A stretch of 30,355 bases of DNA from Candidatus Zixiibacteriota bacterium. Lineage in GTDB: Bacteria > RBG-13-66-14 > B26-G2 > WVWN01. Positions 27,935 to 30,355 of this stretch are shown one piece after another. The first letter of the stretch is position 1, and each line of letters starts with the position of its first letter. The notes beneath the pieces were generated by a model that did not search any database, was not told the origin of the DNA, and saw only the letters and a list, made by a program, of their open reading frames with translations. Made by a program: the position numbers and the translations under genes. The stretch spans positions 1-30,355 of the forward strand of contig JASFLY010000032.1 in assembly GCA_050117845.1 (NCBI GenBank), in the 5' to 3' direction.

Positions 27935-30355
27935 ATGCTAGGGAGAATTACAGGGATGTGCGGGACCGTTTTAATCGCGTTTGTTACTTCCTCTTTCGCT
28001 GGCATACTTACGGTCGAAGTGCCGGCCGACGTGGGACGGGAGGATATATTAAACCCCACGGACGAGATGACCACCCGCCTCAAGGCATTGATGCACGAGG
28101 CGGTGCGGGAAAACCCCGCGGCCGCGGAGTTCGGGCCGGTCGCTTTCACTAAAAACGGCGAACTAATCCTCCCCGACGTGGAACCGACCGAAACCGACGA
28201 TTGGTCCGAAAACCGCCTCACTTTCGAACCTGCGGAAACGCCGGAAAATATGTTTTTATGGCCCGAGTACGAGGGAAGTTGGGACGCGGCCTACTGGCAC
28301 TTACGCGAAGTGGGCCAACCCGATTATAACGGCGTCTACGAGCTGGCGGAGGACATCTTCGGCTACCCGTTCTGGCCCCGCGAGATTACGGTCGAATGGG
28401 ACGAAACGTTACAGGTTGAAGGTTATTACAACTGCTCGCTGGGGACGATATACATCCAGAATTGGCGGAACTGGGAAAACTACCTTACGCAAGACCCGGG
28501 CAACTGGCCCTTCCACGACGACGCCGCGGTCCTGACGCGATGTATGCTGCAGGCGTGGCATCAACATTGGCAAGCCTACTGGGACCACTTCGGTTCGATG
28601 CGCCGGGCGGCCTGGATAGCCATCCACAACCGCCTCGCCGACGACGGCTACGAACTGGGCTTCAACGACCTCTACCACGACGACCAACGCGACGACCGCT
28701 TCTATTACAAGTGCCTCGACAACTACAACACCGAGGAATTCGGGACGCGCCTCCACAACTGGGCCGACGAAGAGAATAGTAGAATAGACGGCCGTATCAA
28801 ATACTGGCGCTACGGCGCGGCCAACTACTGCTGGTGGAAGGTCTACGAAAAACAGCCGGGATTTTTCTACGCCTTTAACCGGGAATTTTACGAGTGGCTG
28901 GAGAATGTGGAGTTCGCGGGGCTGCCGTTATTATACGCGAATTACCGGACATTCGCCGATACTGCGGACAACGGTACGCTTATAGAGGGCCGGTCTTTCC
29001 CGGAGTGGTTCGACGCCCAGCCGATACTCCAACACGATCATTGGTGTGACGATATCTGCGCTTTGGCCGTAGACCGGACCACGGCCCGTGTTCTGGCGTA
29101 TCGCAGGTATGTGGACGCGTTAACGGGTTATGACTGTGAAGTAGGCCATTCCAGTCCCAACGCACGCGTACTTGTCGAGAAACGAAACTGGCAAGGAGGA
29201 TTGGAAGATTATTACGTCGTTGACCCGAATAACGGCGGTTACGGCGAGTGGGACTCCGGGGTAGATGATGCCGACGCGGCCATGCGCTTTACGGCCGAAT
29301 ATACGCTGGCCGGGACCTTAACGGTATCCGGTACCTGCTGGGGCATCGACTCCAATACGGCGTACGATAACGACGTTTTGTACGGCGTCGTAACGGACGC
29401 CATCGACGGCGCCGGGACGGTGACTATTAAGGAAGGCGGGTTAGACCTGGTTACGGTTCCCGTGTACCGGAAAGCTTTCCGCTGGGCTCCCCTTAGTGCG
29501 CCAGGGCCGGGCGAATACGAAATTGTTTATACCCCGCCGGCGAAAAACGGCGGCCTTTCCGGTGAACCCTGGACGATAGTTAAGGATGGTGCAAGCTACT
29601 TCGACGCACGTAGTTATGTATCCGAATCCGCTATCGTCGACGATAATGGCAACGGTATTCCCGACGGTTCGGAACAAGTTCTTGCTGAGAAGTTCGTACC
29701 GCAAATACAGATGCATAATGGGAATGAGTTAGTTCCTACGAAGGTCGGGATGATGGTTGACCCGGGCCGCGGGCCGCTCGTAAAATATAAATACGATAAC
29801 GCCGGCCGAGTCTATATAGATTCCTTATACTTCCCCACGGAAGAATATACGATGGAACAGATATTCGAAGAGACTCGTCCCCAATGGTACGAATCTATGA
29901 CCGCGTGGAAACTCGTCTTCGGCCCCAATTACGGAATGATCACTCCTCCGTACTGGCACGATAATTACGCCCAGATATTGAGTAACCCGGAGTATGAAGG
30001 GCGCGGTTACGACGAACCGACGGTATATTATAATATTTTTAAGTACGTCGGTAAGCCCGTAATACAGTACTGGTTTTATTACCCGTTTAACGACTGGAGG
30101 AACGACCATGAAGGCGATTGGGAACACATCAATGTCCGGATTACTTCTTCGTTAGTAGACCTCGCGGAAATCGACGAAGTAATATACTACCTCCATAAAA
30201 AGTACGCTGTAAAGCCAGGGGCCGTGGTCCCGGTCGTTAATGATACGCATCCCCTCGTATTCGTAGGCGGTGAATGGCCCGGCGGACCTGATACCGGCCG
30301 TTGTTCCGGAGCATCGTATTGGCAGTTAGGGTATTTCATTAATGCCGGGGAATAC
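27935..30355 (+). CDS. Large secreted multidomain protein (>807 aa, runs off window end; not in ORF track) with NPP1/Vps62-like domain
   Basis: AGGAG SD and ATG 27935; manual translation is open for 807 codons; signal peptide ending SSFA; late motifs DDNGNGIPDGSEQVLAEKFVP, PTVYY, IQYWFYYPFNDWRNDHEGDWEHINV, THPLVFV and SGASY. Confidence 0.82.
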   Translation, partial: MLGRITGMCGTVLIAFVTSSFAGILTVEVPADVGREDILNPTDEMTTRLKALMHEAVRENPAAAEFGPVAFTKNGELILPDVEPTETDDWSENRLTFEPAETPENMFLWPEYEGSWDAAYWHLREVGQPDYNGVYELAEDIFGYPFWPREITVEWDETLQVEGYYNCSLGTIYIQNWRNWENYLTQDPGNWPFHDDAAVLTRCMLQAWHQHWQAYWDHFGSMRRAAWIAIHNRLADDGYELGFNDLYHDDQRDDRFYYKCLDNYNTEEFGTRLHNWADEENSRIDGRIKYWRYGAANYCWWKVYEKQPGFFYAFNREFYEWLENVEFAGLPLLYANYRTFADTADNGTLIEGRSFPEWFDAQPILQHDHWCDDICALAVDRTTARVLAYRRYVDALTGYDCEVGHSSPNARVLVEKRNWQGGLEDYYVVDPNNGGYGEWDSGVDDADAAMRFTAEYTLAGTLTVSGTCWGIDSNTAYDNDVLYGVVTDAIDGAGTVTIKEGGLDLVTVPVYRKAFRWAPLSAPGPGEYEIVYTPPAKNGGLSGEPWTIVKDGASYFDARSYVSESAIVDDNGNGIPDGSEQVLAEKFVPQIQMHNGNELVPTKVGMMVDPGRGPLVKYKYDNAGRVYIDSLYFPTEEYTMEQIFEETRPQWYESMTAWKLVFGPNYGMITPPYWHDNYAQILSNPEYEGRGYDEPTVYYNIFKYVGKPVIQYWFYYPFNDWRNDHEGDWEHINVRITSSLVDLAEIDEVIYYLHKKYAVKPGAVVPVVNDTHPLVFVGGEWPGGPDTGRCSGASYWQLGYFINAGEY

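Overview
GC-rich bacterial chromosome segment. The gene mix (T9SS-like and SW-x-x-IKA-x-Y C-terminal tails, DUF2723 paralogs, a selenoprotein) suggests an anaerobic FCB-related candidate phylum; this is inference only. Housekeeping genes: two DUF2723/GT117 membrane glycosyltransferases, a DUF4126 protein, guaB, tyrS, dnaE, an O-antigen ligase-like gene, a GT9 heptosyltransferase, and an rrf2-iscU-thiS-sufT operon with no cysteine desulfurase. Accessory or unusual parts: (i) an AT-richer IetA/IetS-type AAA ATPase plus subtilase pair; (ii) a peroxiredoxin that the ORF track splits at an in-frame UGA in the catalytic position, followed by a SECIS-like hairpin (selenoprotein); (iii) GTAG-type REP-like palindromes; (iv) an M28 peptidase with an inserted beta-propeller; (v) the best candidate for an undescribed system, a cassette array at 24.36-30.36 kb. 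In it, three beta-propeller lipoprotein genes, each with its own promoter, alternate with deleted remnants of a secreted partner gene. One long partner (>807 aa, absent from the ORF track, runs off the window end) carries a possibly degenerate metallopeptidase-like region and an NPP1/Vps62-like HEGDWEH domain.
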